Source: Vicugna vicugna
Taxonomy: Eukaryota
Assembly (NCBI GenBank): GCA_013265495.1
Contig: MU058198.1
Coordinates: forward strand, 4,665,779 to 4,729,778
Direction of reading: 5' to 3'
Length of the DNA stretch: 64,000 nt
In this document: positions 25,278 through 37,116 of the stretch, one piece after another
Layout of the letters: every line of letters starts with the position of its first letter
Numbering within the stretch: position 1 is the first letter of the stretch
Made by a program: the position numbers and the translations under genes
Notes under the pieces: model-generated
Told to the model about the DNA's origin: nothing
Database searches by the model: none
Seen by the model: the letters and a program-made list of their open reading frames with translations, nothing else

Positions 25278-25415
25278 CCAAGCCCAGATCAAACGAACCA
25301 CCAGAAACCTAGCTGATCAGAAACCACTTTGAGAAGGGAGGTGGAAGGAGAGAATTTGTGGGTTTCATGTTGCAACTTCCCACCATCCTAGTTGCAACTC
25401 TCAGTCTCCCCTACG
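25278..25415 (-). pseudogene. Candidate exon, 138 bp, with stops in all frames
   Basis: Strong (tgtt)n-acag acceptor and TGG|gtaggc donor; length is a multiple of 3. Confidence 0.25.
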
Positions 25416-25764
25416 CTGTAACAAACAAACAAACAGAAACCATCAGCTATTCTGTTCTAGATGTTACTTGAATTTAAGTAAAATGATTCCTTTGGCAACT
25501 ACCTGGCAGCCCACAGCTTTTACGACATGTTTTCTGATACAAACTGTTTCACAAAGAGCTTGTATCTTTTTACTACCAAGCATTACATTCTGAGCAGAAA
25601 ACTTAATAAGATTTCAGTGGAGATTTTAGGAGGATCCATTCTATGACTTAACAACAACTGTGATCTGTTCTTTTTAGTGCAAGAGCAAAGACCTGAGAGA
25701 AATAACATTTTCGATTTGACATTATGGCCCCCCAAGTTGTGTTCAAGTTAAGTGAAGGTTGAAA

Positions 25765-25985
25765 GTTGGTGCTGGGGAAAGAGCAAAGACTTTGGACTTA
25801 AACTTCGATTTGAAGTCCCCTGTTACTCACTGATGAGCTATTGCACTTTGGGCAAGTTGCTTAACTAATTTGTGCCTCAGTTTTCTCATCTATTAAAGGG
25901 AGTAATCCCACCGAATGGGATTATTGCAACAAAAGTTTGTGGTACAAGGCCTGATACATGGTAGATGCCCTAAATGCTTTAAGTT
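25765..25985 (+). mobile_element. MIR SINE
   Basis: ctttgggcaagttgcttaac...tgtgcctcagttttctcatct. Confidence 0.75.
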
Positions 25986-25989
25986 ACAT

Positions 25990-26200
25990 ATGGCAGTAAT
26001 TCAACTCAAGCCAGCTTAAGCAAAAATGAAAATTTCTTGGCTTGCCTAACTGAACAGTTCACGAGTAGATTGGCTTCAGGCATAGCTGGATCCAGGGTCT
26101 CAAACAATGTCATCAGGACTCAGCCTCTCTCCATCTTTGGTCTCTGGTTTTCTTCTGTTTGATTTTCCTCTTCACTGAACCCAGCAGACTAGCTAGTTAT
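25990..26200 (-). mobile_element. MLT1K/L-type LTR fragment
   Basis: ggcttcaggcatagctggatccagggtctcaaacaatgtcatcagg. Confidence 0.65.
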
Positions 26201-26419
26201 TTTTTTGTACCAAGCAGAACAGAGCTCTGAAGGAATGTAGGTTGAGATGTAGGAAGCCTGACTGACTAGCCCAAAGCTTGTTTGGGCACCCTAGTTCATG
26301 GTGGGGTTTTCCTCGTGGGAGTGGCACTCAGGCCAACAACATAACCCTCATTAAAGTCAAACAGAATAGGTAAGCCTAAGGTTATAATTTCCATTTGACA
26401 GGTAAGAAAACAGAGGCTG

Positions 26420-26900
26420 GGTACTAGTTTCTTATTGTTGCTGTAACAAATTACCCTAAATGTAGTGGCTTGAAACAATGCAAAATAAGTTCCAATTGAA
26501 TCTTACTGTGCTAAAATCAAAGCGTCAGCAGCGCTGCATAGCTTCCTTCCGAGGCTCTAGAAGAGAATCTGGTTCCATGCCATTTCTGGCTTGTACAGAC
26601 CACTAGCATTCCCCAGCTCCTGGCCTCGCTTCCATCTTCAAAGCCAAGAGTTCAGCATCCTCAAATCTCTCTGACTCTGACCCTGACCCTCCTGCCTCCC
26701 TCTCTCCTTTATGAGGACTTCTGTGATTCTGTTGCCCTACCCCAACCCCAGATAATCCAGGAAACTCTTCACATCTCAAAATCCTAAATTAATGATATCC
26801 TCAAACTTCACTTTGCCATGTAAGGTAACACATTCAAGGTAAGGTTTCAGGGATTAAGACAATGCACATCTCTGGGGAGACCATTACTCAGTCTACCACT
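26420..26900 (-). mobile_element. MLT1C/D solo LTR inside a MIR
   Basis: gctgtaacaaattacc...gtggcttgaaacaa...ttgccatgtaaggtaacacattc...ccattactcagtctaccac. Confidence 0.85.
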
Positions 26901-27114
26901 GGCTTATAAAGGTAAAAGCCCCTTGGTCACTGCTTAAGTTAATAGCTGAGCCATGACTAGAACGGAGGTTAAGGGTTCTAAATTAAGACGGTGTTGGTGA
27001 GAATCCCAGCTCCCTGACAGAGTAGCTGTATGGCCTCAGTCACGTTTCCCTGAGCCTCTGTGTCCTCATCTGTAAAATGGAGACAGTGTGATAAGGATTA
27101 AATGAGACATTATT

Positions 27115-27343
27115 TTATTTTTTAAAACCCCTTTATTGTGGTATGGTTCCTGTACAGTAAGCTTACACATATTTTAGCTGTACAATTTGATGAATTTTGA
27201 TGGATAGGTACACCCATGAAATCACTGCCACAATCAAAATAGCTGACATTTCCGTCACTCCCCAAGAGGTGCAATTTTCAAGTCCCCAGTTTATCCCTTC
27301 CCACCCCTTTTACCCCCTGGTAACCATACGTTCACTCTCTATG
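27115..27343 (-). mobile_element. Short L1 3' end with 13-bp TSD, splitting a MIR (about 26960-27425)
   Basis: ATGAGACATTATT at 27102-27114 and 27344-27356. Confidence 0.85.
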
Positions 27344-27649
27344 ATGAGACATTATTGTAAAGTGTCTAGCACAGCCTCTGCCTTGGAGCAGAAAATTAGT
27401 GATGCTAGGCACTCCTGCTATTCTTAACAGCCTCGAACGAGCAGGTGCCCTTGAACATTGGGCTCAGGGAAAACGGGGACAGAGCTGGTGGCATGTTGGG
27501 ATGGAAAGAGCAAGGGGTTTGAGTCTGCCACATGGCCAGAAAGAACTTGAACTTTCTCCTAATTCCAGTTCCTTATTGATAAATAAAGACAAGAGGTCCT
27601 TCCCTCATAGAATGAAGCAGAGAATGTCTACCTGGTGCTTGGAATCCTC

Positions 27650-27860
27650 AATAAATATACCTCCCTCTGTCTCTGCATTCCTTTCATCTTCTTTCTCAAT
27701 TGATTTCGTTCACTTTTTCTTTTCACTCTCTTCCTTCCTCCCTTTCTCCTGTTTTCCCTTCCTCCCTCCATCTTCCTCTGATTTCCTTCTCTCCTTCCTT
27801 CCTTCGTTCCTCGCTCCCTCCCTTTCTCCTCACCTGTCTCTCCCTTCCTTTGCCCATACT
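27650..27860. repeat. CT-rich low-complexity tract
   Basis: Direct reading; it accounts for ORFs 27399..27863 and 27628..27939. Confidence 0.85.
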
Positions 27861-28383
27861 TGAGATGTTCATTTAAAAGCAGTTGATCCATTTCAGGGAC
27901 TTCTGGTGTCTGCTCTCGGTTTCCCCTCTTACGTGTCACTCATCAGTTTCCACTCACCAGTTTCTTAGTTGTGCAATCTAAATGCTAATGATCCCTGCCT
28001 AACCTGCCCCTTCGTTCCCCTTCTCCTGACACAACTGAACACACCCTGGAGTAACTGCACAGGAGCCAGCGGCGTCTACTCTCCCCACCCCCGCACTCTG
28101 TCCGGGACGTGGGCTCGAAGCTGCGCCATCTTTGGAAACTTCTAACGGTCCAGAAAGAGAAGGGGGAGTCCTTCGTCAGAGCTCCTTCCTCCCCGGCAGG
28201 TCCCTATCTGTCAAGGTGCCTGATGCCCACGCAGATGCCCTCATTCCCTTTCATGCACTGACGGTTTTCAGTCTGATACTGAAAGTGCAATATACTTGCC
28301 AGTAATGATGTCTTATTGGAGTGTAAAGATTTTCCCATTTCACTGCTTTATCCTGAATTTAAAGTGTTTTGAAATTCACTTAC

Positions 28384-28653
28384 ATCAGAGAGGACCAGCA
28401 GTCGAACGTTTGCTGTAAATAAACTGGGGGCTTCTAAGGTCTGATCTCTGAAATGGGAGTTAGGATAGGTTACCGCTCTCCTGCGAGTTGGGCAGAATCC
28501 GTGGAAGAGTTTTTCCATCACGAGAACCAGGCAGCCTCTTTGCTTCCAAGTACTGGTCCAGGGCATGAGGGCTCTCTGACCATGTCTTTTGAATCTCTTC
28601 AGTTGAAGTTTGTCCAAGGTATTGAGTTGGAAGATCACTTAGCTCTCGAGTAC
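28384..28653 (-). pseudogene. Candidate exon, 270 bp, phase 0->0, one stop at codon 5 (VLES*VIFQLNTLDK...RLLVLSD)
   Basis: ttctgctcttccaagcag acceptor, GAT|gtaagt donor; 85 open codons after the stop. Confidence 0.5.
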
Positions 28654-28739
28654 CTGCTTGGAAGAGCAGAAGATCTTAAAGCTAATGCAGACACTGACAG
28701 TAGAAGGGATTCGAACAGACGGTGGTGGCGCTGGTCGCT

Positions 28740-28856
28740 ATTATTACTGTTGTTGTTACGATCAGCGAACACTCACGGAATGGTTACTGTGCACCAGGCG
28801 CTCCGCGAAGGGTATGTGTGAGTTGTCCTCGTTAAGCTTCGTAACAACCCGTGATA
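28740..28856 (-). mobile_element. MIR 3' part, unusually CpG-rich
   Basis: ttactgtgcaccaggcgctccgcgaag...taacaacccgtga. Confidence 0.6.
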
Positions 28857-29049
28857 CTGTTGAGACGCCACCCAATCTGCCAGCCGGGCTGATTCGCTGC
28901 TCTGCAGAAGCTTCAAGGCCACTGCCACGGGTGTCCCTGGAAAATAAAATAAAATAAAACAGCCATACTTCTCATGTATGGTTGCCTTAGGTGCTTAGGG
29001 TTGCCGACGTATTACACTGGCCCATCGTGACCAGAGTGGCAGGGGGATA

Positions 29050-29644
29050 CCTGACTGGCTATAAATCAGAGGTTCCCACAACCCCCTCCGTGGGTTCAGT
29101 TAATTCACCAGAGTGGCTCACAGAACTCAGAGGAATATTAGAAACCTATTAGATGACTGGTTTATTACAAAGGAGATAACTCAGGAGCAGCCAGATGGAA
29201 GAGATGCACAGGGCAAAGTATGAGAAGGGCCAGGGGAACTTCCAGGCCCCCTCCAAGGGCACCACTCTCCCCAGATCTCCACATGTTCATCAACCGGGAA
29301 GCTCTTCAAACCCAGTCCTTTTGGGATTTTAGTATGGCTTCCTTACATAGGTATGATTGATTAAATCATTGGCCATTAATGGCTGAACTCAATATTCCAG
29401 CCCCTTGCCCCTCCCTGCAGTTGGGGGGTGGGACTGCAAGTTCCAATCCTCTGTCTCCTGGTTGGTTTCCTTGGCAACCAGACCCCAGCCTGAGGTGTGG
29501 TCCAGAAGTCACTTCATTAGCATAACAATGGAGACCTTCATCACTCTCAACACTTAGGAAGTTCCTAGGGTTTGGGGAGCTGTGAGCCAGGAATCATGAA
29601 CCAAGACCAAATATTTATTTCTTATTATAAATCACAGTATCACA
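29050..29644 (-). mobile_element. MER21-type ERVL LTR
   Basis: gagtggctcacagaactcag, cagccagatggaagagatgcacagggc, tgattaaatcattggccatt, terminus tataaatcacagtatcaca. Confidence 0.85.
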
Positions 29645-30369
29645 CCACCTAAATGCCTCATCCTTTGAACGGCCTTCCCTCTGTGTCTTAACCATATCAC
29701 TCACCACATTTAACTTTTTCTGTCACTTCTAGGTGGGGGAGACATTAGGTGGGTCCTTTTGTCAGGTATCTGTTTATTGGGATCCTTATTATGTATGAAG
29801 CATTGAAGACTCAACGATAAAGAAAACAGATCCCATCTTCCCAAAAGTACTTAATAATAAACATATAAACGTTCAAATTCATAACCTCTGGTTTAGTGAA
29901 ATGCTTTGAAAAAGCAGCATGTAGAACTATTAGTCCTGGAAAATTGCTGAAGTAATCCATATGGCCTAAAAAATCCATTTCTAAGTTCCCACTTGAATAC
30001 ACAGCTAGAATGTTATTCTTGTGTTGGGTAAGATTTCAAACCAGGAGAGCTGGTAGAACTCTTCCTTTCTTTCAGAGATCTCGAGCTATTTGGGAGTGGC
30101 CTGGAACTGTCTGGCCATTTCCTGGTCAAATATTCAAGCAGGGTGTTATGGGCGGGGGAGGCGGCAGCGGGGAGGACAGCCTGTTAAGTCTCTCTCCCCT
30201 TAGCTTTCCTGGATTCAAGTCAGGGAGCATTCCTAAAATAGCCTTGAAGAGGAGGTCTGGTCTCAGCAATGGAGAAAGACTGTAACAGGAGGAAGATATT
30301 TTGCAGAGAAATAACTCAAAATCCCAGAGCGCAGTGATGGGAAACAGGTTTATCTTCGTAATGGCTCAC

Positions 30370-30482
30370 ATCCAGTACTGATGCCAACTCTGGAATCTGC
30401 ATGCAACTGTCCCTATGTGCACCTGACTCTGTGTTTGCATGCTTGTTTCTTTTGAATTCATACAGGTACATATTATAGTCAT
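30370..30482 (-). pseudogene. Candidate exon, 113 bp, phase 1->0, open (DYNMYLYEFKRNKH...QIPELASVLD)
   Basis: ctctcctgccttcactcttcttaag acceptor, GAT|gtgagc donor. Confidence 0.5.
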
Positions 30483-30667
30483 CTTAAGAAGAGTGAAGGC
30501 AGGAGAGTTTGCATGTATACAACGAAAAGAAAGGTCCCGTTTTGATAACAGTATGCTCATCCCATATCTTAACACTGGGGTTGGATCCCTCTACATATGA
30601 GGAAACTTTTGTAACAACTGGCAGAGTAATCTTCAAAGGACTCCTGGCTCTCAGTTGAACATGAACT

Positions 30668-31629
30668 TGCTATGGACTGAATGACTGTGCCCCTCCAAAT
30701 TCATATGTTGAAGTGATGGTATTTGGAGGTAGGGCCTTTGGGAGATAATCAGGTTCAGAGGAGAGTGGGGGCCTTCGTGATGGGATTAGCACCATGATAA
30801 AGAGACCCCAGGTAAGCTCTTTCTGTCTGCTTGTTGCTGAAAGATCGGCCCCTCCATCCCTGACAAGCCAGATTGAAAGTCAGTGACCAGGTCTTAGAGC
30901 ATAGAAGGAAAGAGACAGCTTTATTGCTTTGCCAGGCAAAGGGGACTCAGAGCAGGCTGGCGCCTTTAGGACTGTGAACCCACCTTGAGGGTGGGGCAGG
31001 CTGATTACAGAGCCAGAGCTCAAGCAATACAACATCAATAACCGTCAACAGAATCATTTTCTCATCATAAGACTCAGAGTGGCGTCATGGTGCCTCCAGG
31101 AGACCAATTCTGTAGAGGCTACTGGTTGTCGGTCTTTCAATCTCCTTATCTTATAAGAACCCAAGGCATGGTCTTCTTGGTAATTCAGGCTGTTTTGTAA
31201 GGTTTCAGTCCCACGACCTTCTCCCTGGAGAACGACTCAGAGAGCAAGCATGATTATTACTTTTGATTACTGGAATAAAGCAGAAACAGTAAAATTAATA
31301 GCTTTATTTTAACAATGGGCCTGGAGCTGTGAGTAGCAACCAGTCAGTCAGATTAGCTGACCATTTGAAGGGCAAGCAGAAGACTAAGCAATCTGTTAGC
31401 CTAAGTGCAGCCGTTTTATTAACTTTCCTTCATGCCCACCCCGCCACGTGAGAACACAATGAGAAGGCCGCCGTTTGCAAGCCAGAAAGAGAGCGCTCAG
31501 CGGAACTGGACCATCGCAGGCACCTGATTGCTGACTTCCAGCCTCTGGACCCGAGAGAAAATAAATTTCTGTTGTTTAAACCTCCCTGTCTGTGGTATTT
31601 TGTTATGGCAGCCGGAGCAGACTAAGACA
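30668..31629 (+). mobile_element. MLT1A solo LTR, interrupted
   Basis: tgctatggactgaat...gcagactaagaca; flanks GAACT/GAGCT (5-bp TSD, 1 mismatch). Confidence 0.85.
30832..31432 (-). mobile_element. Lineage-specific ERV1-type solo LTR (601 bp) nested in MLT1A
   Basis: TG...CA ends, flanks TGCT/TGCC, antisense polyA motif ctttattgctttgccaggcaaagggg. Confidence 0.8.
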
Positions 31630-31837
31630 GAGCTCAAATCAGCAAATATTTACTGAGCATCATCGGGCAATATGCCAAGCCCTGGGGACCTGAAGAAAAA
31701 GGTCTATGCTGTCAAGGAACTCACAGTTTAGTATGGAGACTGAAAATGAGATCACATTATCACACAGAACATTCTCTCAAGTGGCCTCTACTTAATCTCT
31801 TCCAAGGATTCCCTGACACATTTCTTCTGTAAAACAC

Positions 31838-32286
31838 AGTAGTGGGCTGGACTGTGTCCTCCTCCAGTACCTACGAATGTGGCCTGACTAGGAAATAGGG
31901 TCTTTGTAGATGTGCTTAAGTTAACACTCTCCAGACAAATGTGATCATACTAGTTGAGGGTGGACTCTAAACCCCGTGACTGGTGTTCTTATAAGAGAAA
32001 GGAGAGGGAGATTTGAGACCCACACACAGAGGGGAAAACCACGTAAAAATGGAGGTAGAGATTGGATGACGGATTACCAACCGAGAAACCCGAGGCTATC
32101 CAGAGCCACAGAAGATCAGAGAGAGGCATGGAACGTTCTTCCTCAGAGCCTCTGGAAGGAATCAACCCTGCCAACACCTTGATTTTGAGCTTCTAGCCTC
32201 CAGAACTACGAGAGAGTAAATTTCCATTGTTTTAAGCCACCGACTTTGCAGAACTTGGTCACGGCCACCTTATGCAACTAATTCGC
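31838..32286 (+). mobile_element. MLT1C-type solo LTR
   Basis: ggaaatagggtctttgtagatgt...accctgccaacaccttgatttt...gcctccagaact...ttttaagccacc. Confidence 0.85.
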
Positions 32287-32849
32287 ACAGTGACCATCTT
32301 TCACACCCAGTGGACCCACTGAGCTCTTCTGGCTGTCATGTTACCACCTGTTTCCTCCCTGCACTTCTCTCAGCGGTTTGGCCTGCATGTTTAGTAAGAG
32401 GCATCATATTGGTTTGCACACACAGGCCAGTTGTAATTGTTTTTTTGGCAATTGATCAATTTCCTTGAAGTTATGCAACAAAATATATACACAGAAAAGG
32501 AAGAGTGACTGGATCTTGAAGTCAAATGGAATGCTCAGATAAGGTGAGAAACTGAAACAACTTCCTATAGAATTCTGGGTGATCTTCATCAGAACCCGAC
32601 CGTGCGGGCACCCTGATCTCAGACATCCAGCCTCCAGAACTGTGAGGAATACATTTCTCGTGTGTATAAGCCACTCAGTCTGTGGGGCTTTGTTATATCA
32701 GCCTGAACTAAGGCAGAGGTCTTACGTTAGGAGTCACTGGACGTGACCTTGTATATGAACTACATTCCAAAGCCCTCCAAAGGTGCCTTTCACCTGAAAC
32801 AAATGTTGAACATTCACGATGACCCAAGACGTAAAAGGAAATAGAAATA

Positions 32850-34300
32850 CTACATGTTTATAAATGCATTTTCCCCCTCAGGTTATTGGAGAAAAGAGGA
32901 AATTCCTGAAAAGCAGGAAAAAAAATAATCATCCATAATTTGGCCATCCATGTGTAGCCACTATTTACATGTTAATGTCTTTTCTTCAGGGCTTTTTTAA
33001 ATGCATAGTTTCTTTTTTACATAATTGTATCCATTCTCTATATGCAATTTTTATTTTTTTTCAGTAACTATTATATCATAAACATTTCCCGTATTATACA
33101 GTCTTTGTGAACATTGCATTTTACGACTCCATAATGTTCCAGGATTATGCCATGGATTATTTAACCAAACATTTAAATGAAAAAAAATTTCATTTCATTA
33201 TAATTTTATGCTGTTGTTATGATAATCTTGTTGCCTAAACTCACCCCCTCCCTCCCTCCAGCCCCCTGCCCACCACCAGTGTTTCGAGTTACTTCATTAA
33301 GCGAAACGCTCCAGTGTGTAATTACTGGATCAAAGGGTGCGACCATTTAAGGCACTGGATACACATTTACAAATGGCTCTCTTAAAAAAGGCTGTGCCAA
33401 TTTACACTCTGATCTGCAATGTAAGATAATACTCATTTTGCCACACTTATGTTAATATACCTATTATCATTTTAAAAGACTAGCTAATTTGAAAAGCATG
33501 AAATGTTCTTGTTTTAACTGGCATGGCTTTGATTAGCAGTGATAGTGAACATTTTTTTCCATGTTTGTTAAACAGTAGCATTTCCTCTCGGAGAAAATGT
33601 CTGTTTAGGTCCTTTTTCCAGTCACCCATTGGCATCTTTGTTTTTCTTAAAGATTCACATTAATTCAAATATATAAATACCCAGCTCCTTTTTGTTATAT
33701 TTGCTTCAAATGTGTTCCCCCGTTGTTTTCCTTTTAAGTTTGATTATGCTTTTTTTATGGACGGAAGTTTTAAGTTTTTTGTAATGACATCTGCCCGTCT
33801 TTTCCTTTGTGATTTTTAAAATCTTTTCCAAATCTAGACGTTCTTCCTTGCAGAAGCTTGATAAATATTCATTTCTCTTTTCTTAGTTTGTTTATGCTTT
33901 GATTAAAAAGTAACTCTTTGATCTATCTGGAATTTTGTTTCATAACACTGAAGAGATTTTTCACGTGGCTAACCATTTATTCTAATATAATTTACTCAAT
34001 CGTATTTTTTCCTTCTTTTTCATATATTAAATTCTTGGGGGAGGGTACAGCTCAAGTGATAGAGCACATGCTTAGCATGCACGAGGTCCCAGGTCCAATC
34101 CCCAGTCCCGCCATCAAATAAATAATTAAATAAATGAACCTAATTACCTGCCCCCAACAAAAAATAAATAAATTAATTAATTCTCACATATATGTATGGA
34201 GTATAATCTAAGTTATCTGTTTTGTTTAGTTGAACAAATATACCACATTCTTTGAATGACTGCGTTTTCAAAATCTGTTTAAATATCTGTTAAAGCTAAT
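32850..34300 (-). mobile_element. L1ME-type 3'/ORF2 relic
   Basis: aattactggatcaaaggg, tgccaatttacactc, gtgaacatttttttccatgttt. Confidence 0.7.
34037..34178 (+). mobile_element. Camelid tRNA-Ala-derived SINE (Vic-1 type)
   Basis: ggggagggtacagctcaagtgatagagcacatgcttagcatgcacgaggtccc with A/B boxes, cctaattacct spacer, A-rich tail. Confidence 0.9.
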
Positions 34301-34456
34301 CCCTGGGTGGTTCAAGTTTAAGGAGAGACACCTGAATGAACTACCTTACTTTTTCTTCCTGTGTCACAGCAAGAGCAACAGTGACAGTGAGATCACCACA
34401 AAACAAAGAATAAAGCCAGTCCCAGCAGCCCTCGCGTCCTCCTGCAATGATCTCTG

Positions 34457-35428
34457 GCTGTTTTTAGTTTCATGTTTTAGCTTCAGCTTTATTGAGGTGT
34501 AATTGATACATAAAGCTGTAAGGGGTTTAAAGCATACATAGTGGTGATTTGATTCCCATATACATTTTGAAAGAATTCTTGTGATCTCATTAATTAAGAC
34601 ATCCGTCACCTCACGTATTTATCTTTTTGTGTATGTGTGAGAATATTCAAGTTCTGTTCACTTATCAAATTTCAGTTACACAATACAGTGTTACCCACTG
34701 TAATCACCACATTATATACTGGACCCTCAGACCTTACTCATCTTATAACTGAAAGTTTGTATGCTTTTACCAGCTTCTCGCTATTTCCCCCCACTCCTCA
34801 GCCCTTGGCAGCGACTTTTCTAATCTCTGTTTCTATGAGTTTGACTTCTTTTTTTTTTAATATTCCACATATAAAGCATACCATGTGTGTATTTGTCTTT
34901 CTCTGTGTGGTTTTTTTCTATTAGCATAATACACTCAAGGTCCACCCAACTTATGGCAGATGGCAGAATTTCCTTCTTTCTCAGGACTGAACAATATTCC
35001 ATTGTAGAAATATACCATAGCTTCTTTATCCATTCATCCATCGACAGACACTTAGGTCATTCTGCTATCTTGGCTGTTGTGAATAAGGCTGCAATAAACA
35101 AGTCAGCGCAGATCTCTTTGAGAGAGTGACTTCATTTCCTTTGGATGTACACCCAGAAATAGGATGGCTGGATCATATCGTAGTTCTATTTTTAATTTTT
35201 TGAGAAACCTCCATACTGTCTTCCATAGTGGCTGCACCAACTTACCTTCCCACCTGTAGTGCACAAGGGTTCCCTTTTCTCCACATCCTCCCCAATGTGT
35301 TATCTCTTCCCTTCTTGGTGAAGCCATCCGACCAGGTGGTAGGTGATATCTCCCGGTGCTTGACTCGCATTCCCCTGATGGTTCATGCAGCTAAGCACTT
35401 TTCCATGCACCTGTTGCCCAACTGTGTC
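34457..35428 (-). mobile_element. L1MA-type 3' end with ORF2 C-terminal relic
   Basis: Peptides DEWIKKLWYISTMEY and [30 protein letters not shown] at 34448-34456 and 35429-35437 (likely TSD). Confidence 0.9.
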
Positions 35429-36569
35429 TGATCTCTGATCCTTGAAGATGATTCTGTGTCTCGATCTCTTCTCTTATCCACCCTGACTTCTACGCTGTTA
35501 CTCCAAGTGGGGAGTCGGCATTTAGAGAGTTTGACCTTCCCAGAGGTGAGTTTAATTCTCATCCTCACTGTATGCAGCATTGTCAGCCCTTGGGTAACCA
35601 GAGCTCACTTCTTCACTAACTTTCCTTCCATTTACCTCTACCTGAATGTCCTCCTTCCCCTCCAGCCTGACAAACACCTTGCCGTCACAGGCACTCAGCG
35701 ATTTGCTTGCTTGCTCAGGATTTCATTCTTCCTGATGGGAGGCAGACGCCCTCCCAAGGTCCATACCTTATGCTTAAATCCTTGGAATACATTTTCATCT
35801 ATGCCTTTCCAGACCTGATGATTTTTAGATTTTTTTATTACTTCTAATTTTCCTCACATATTCTCAGGTCCTTTGCTACACACAGCAGAGGGGTGAGGGA
35901 GCGAGAATAGATAAATTAAGGGGATATAGAAACCATGATAGGAAAGGGGGACCAAAGAGCTATTCCAGAAGAAAACCCTCCAGGCCATCAGAGTGGAACT
36001 CCACGTGTCCCCGAAGTTTAAAGGAACAATAGTCAACATACAGGCTGCCCACGACACTCAGGCAGAAACCTCTAGCCAACAGGGTGAACAGATCCCAGGA
36101 AGTTAATACTCCACAATGTCTGCAGGGCAGCTCAGACACATTGTTGTCCCATCTAGCTATCGGAGCTGGTATTGTCTGTTTAGCATATTGAAAATGAGTT
36201 CCGATTCTCAAAGTCCGTCAGAACAAAGTCCGTGAAAGATCTGAGCAGTTCAGCAAAGGCGCCAGGCGTAGTGAAAACAGCCAGGACAGGATTTATGTTT
36301 TCACTTATTTGCTCATCCATCCGTTTGTTCATCCATGTAACAAATCCTTATCAAATTCCTACTCGATGGCCGGCATTCTTCTCATTCTAGGAACTTGGGA
36401 TCCAGGGGTGAAGTCAACCTGGTCTAATGGAGGAGGCATTCTAGTCAAATCAAACGGAGGAGACAGGTAACAGAACGCATTATTTCTCTTTATAGCTTTT
36501 ACTTTTTTTCAACCACCTGCATGAATGCTTATCAGTGAAATGTGGAAATCAATTCTGGTTGCAGTTTAC

Positions 36570-36727
36570 CAGCAATCAGTTGAGATACTTTCCACACAGG
36601 CAACACTGCTGGAGGCTACGTGGTGAATAGATATTGTGGCTCTTTTATAAATATATTTCTGCTCAGCACTGCCTCTTGAGAAAGAGTGATTTCACACCCA
36701 CTGGGAATCTGCATCTGAAGTATTTTG
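36570..36727 (-). pseudogene. Candidate exon, 158 bp, phase 2->1, one stop (KILQMQIPSG...YLFTT*PPAVLPVWKVSQLIA)
   Basis: gttgttctattag acceptor, CTG|gtaaac donor; splices in frame to 30482. Confidence 0.45.
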
Positions 36728-36909
36728 CTAATAGAACAACCGGAGGACAGGTAACAGTTTCCCCCACGTGAGGTCAGAGAAACTGGAGCTTTGCAAGGGG
36801 ATGGCTGAGTCTTTGTTTGTAGATCCACCCAATATCTGGAGACAGCGCCCTCCTGGACCATACTCTGCTCACCGGAGTCCTGTAGTTCCCTGTTCAAATG
36901 GCCCCATGC

Positions 36910-37116
36910 ACAAGGTCCATGCAGATGCTAACCACTATCTATAAAATAGATAACAACAAAGTCTCACTGTAGAGCACAGAGAACCCTGTTCAATACCTCG
37001 AAGTAACCTGTTGTGAAAAAGAACGTATAGAGACATGTCTGTATAGAACTGAATCACTATGCTGCGCACCAGAAACTAACGCAGTGTTGTAAATCGACTA
37101 TAATTCAATTTTTAAA
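36910..37116 (+). mobile_element. Short L1 3' end with 14-bp TSD
   Basis: AAATGGCCCCATGC at 36896-36909 and 37117-37130. Confidence 0.9.

Noticed and set aside
34037..34115. tRNA-Ala gene
   Set aside because: Diverged stems and B box, followed by a SINE body and A-tail; it is a SINE head (same at 50497-50575)
34820..35327. ORFs with real protein similarity
   Set aside because: Frameshifted L1 ORF2 C-terminus, not a host gene
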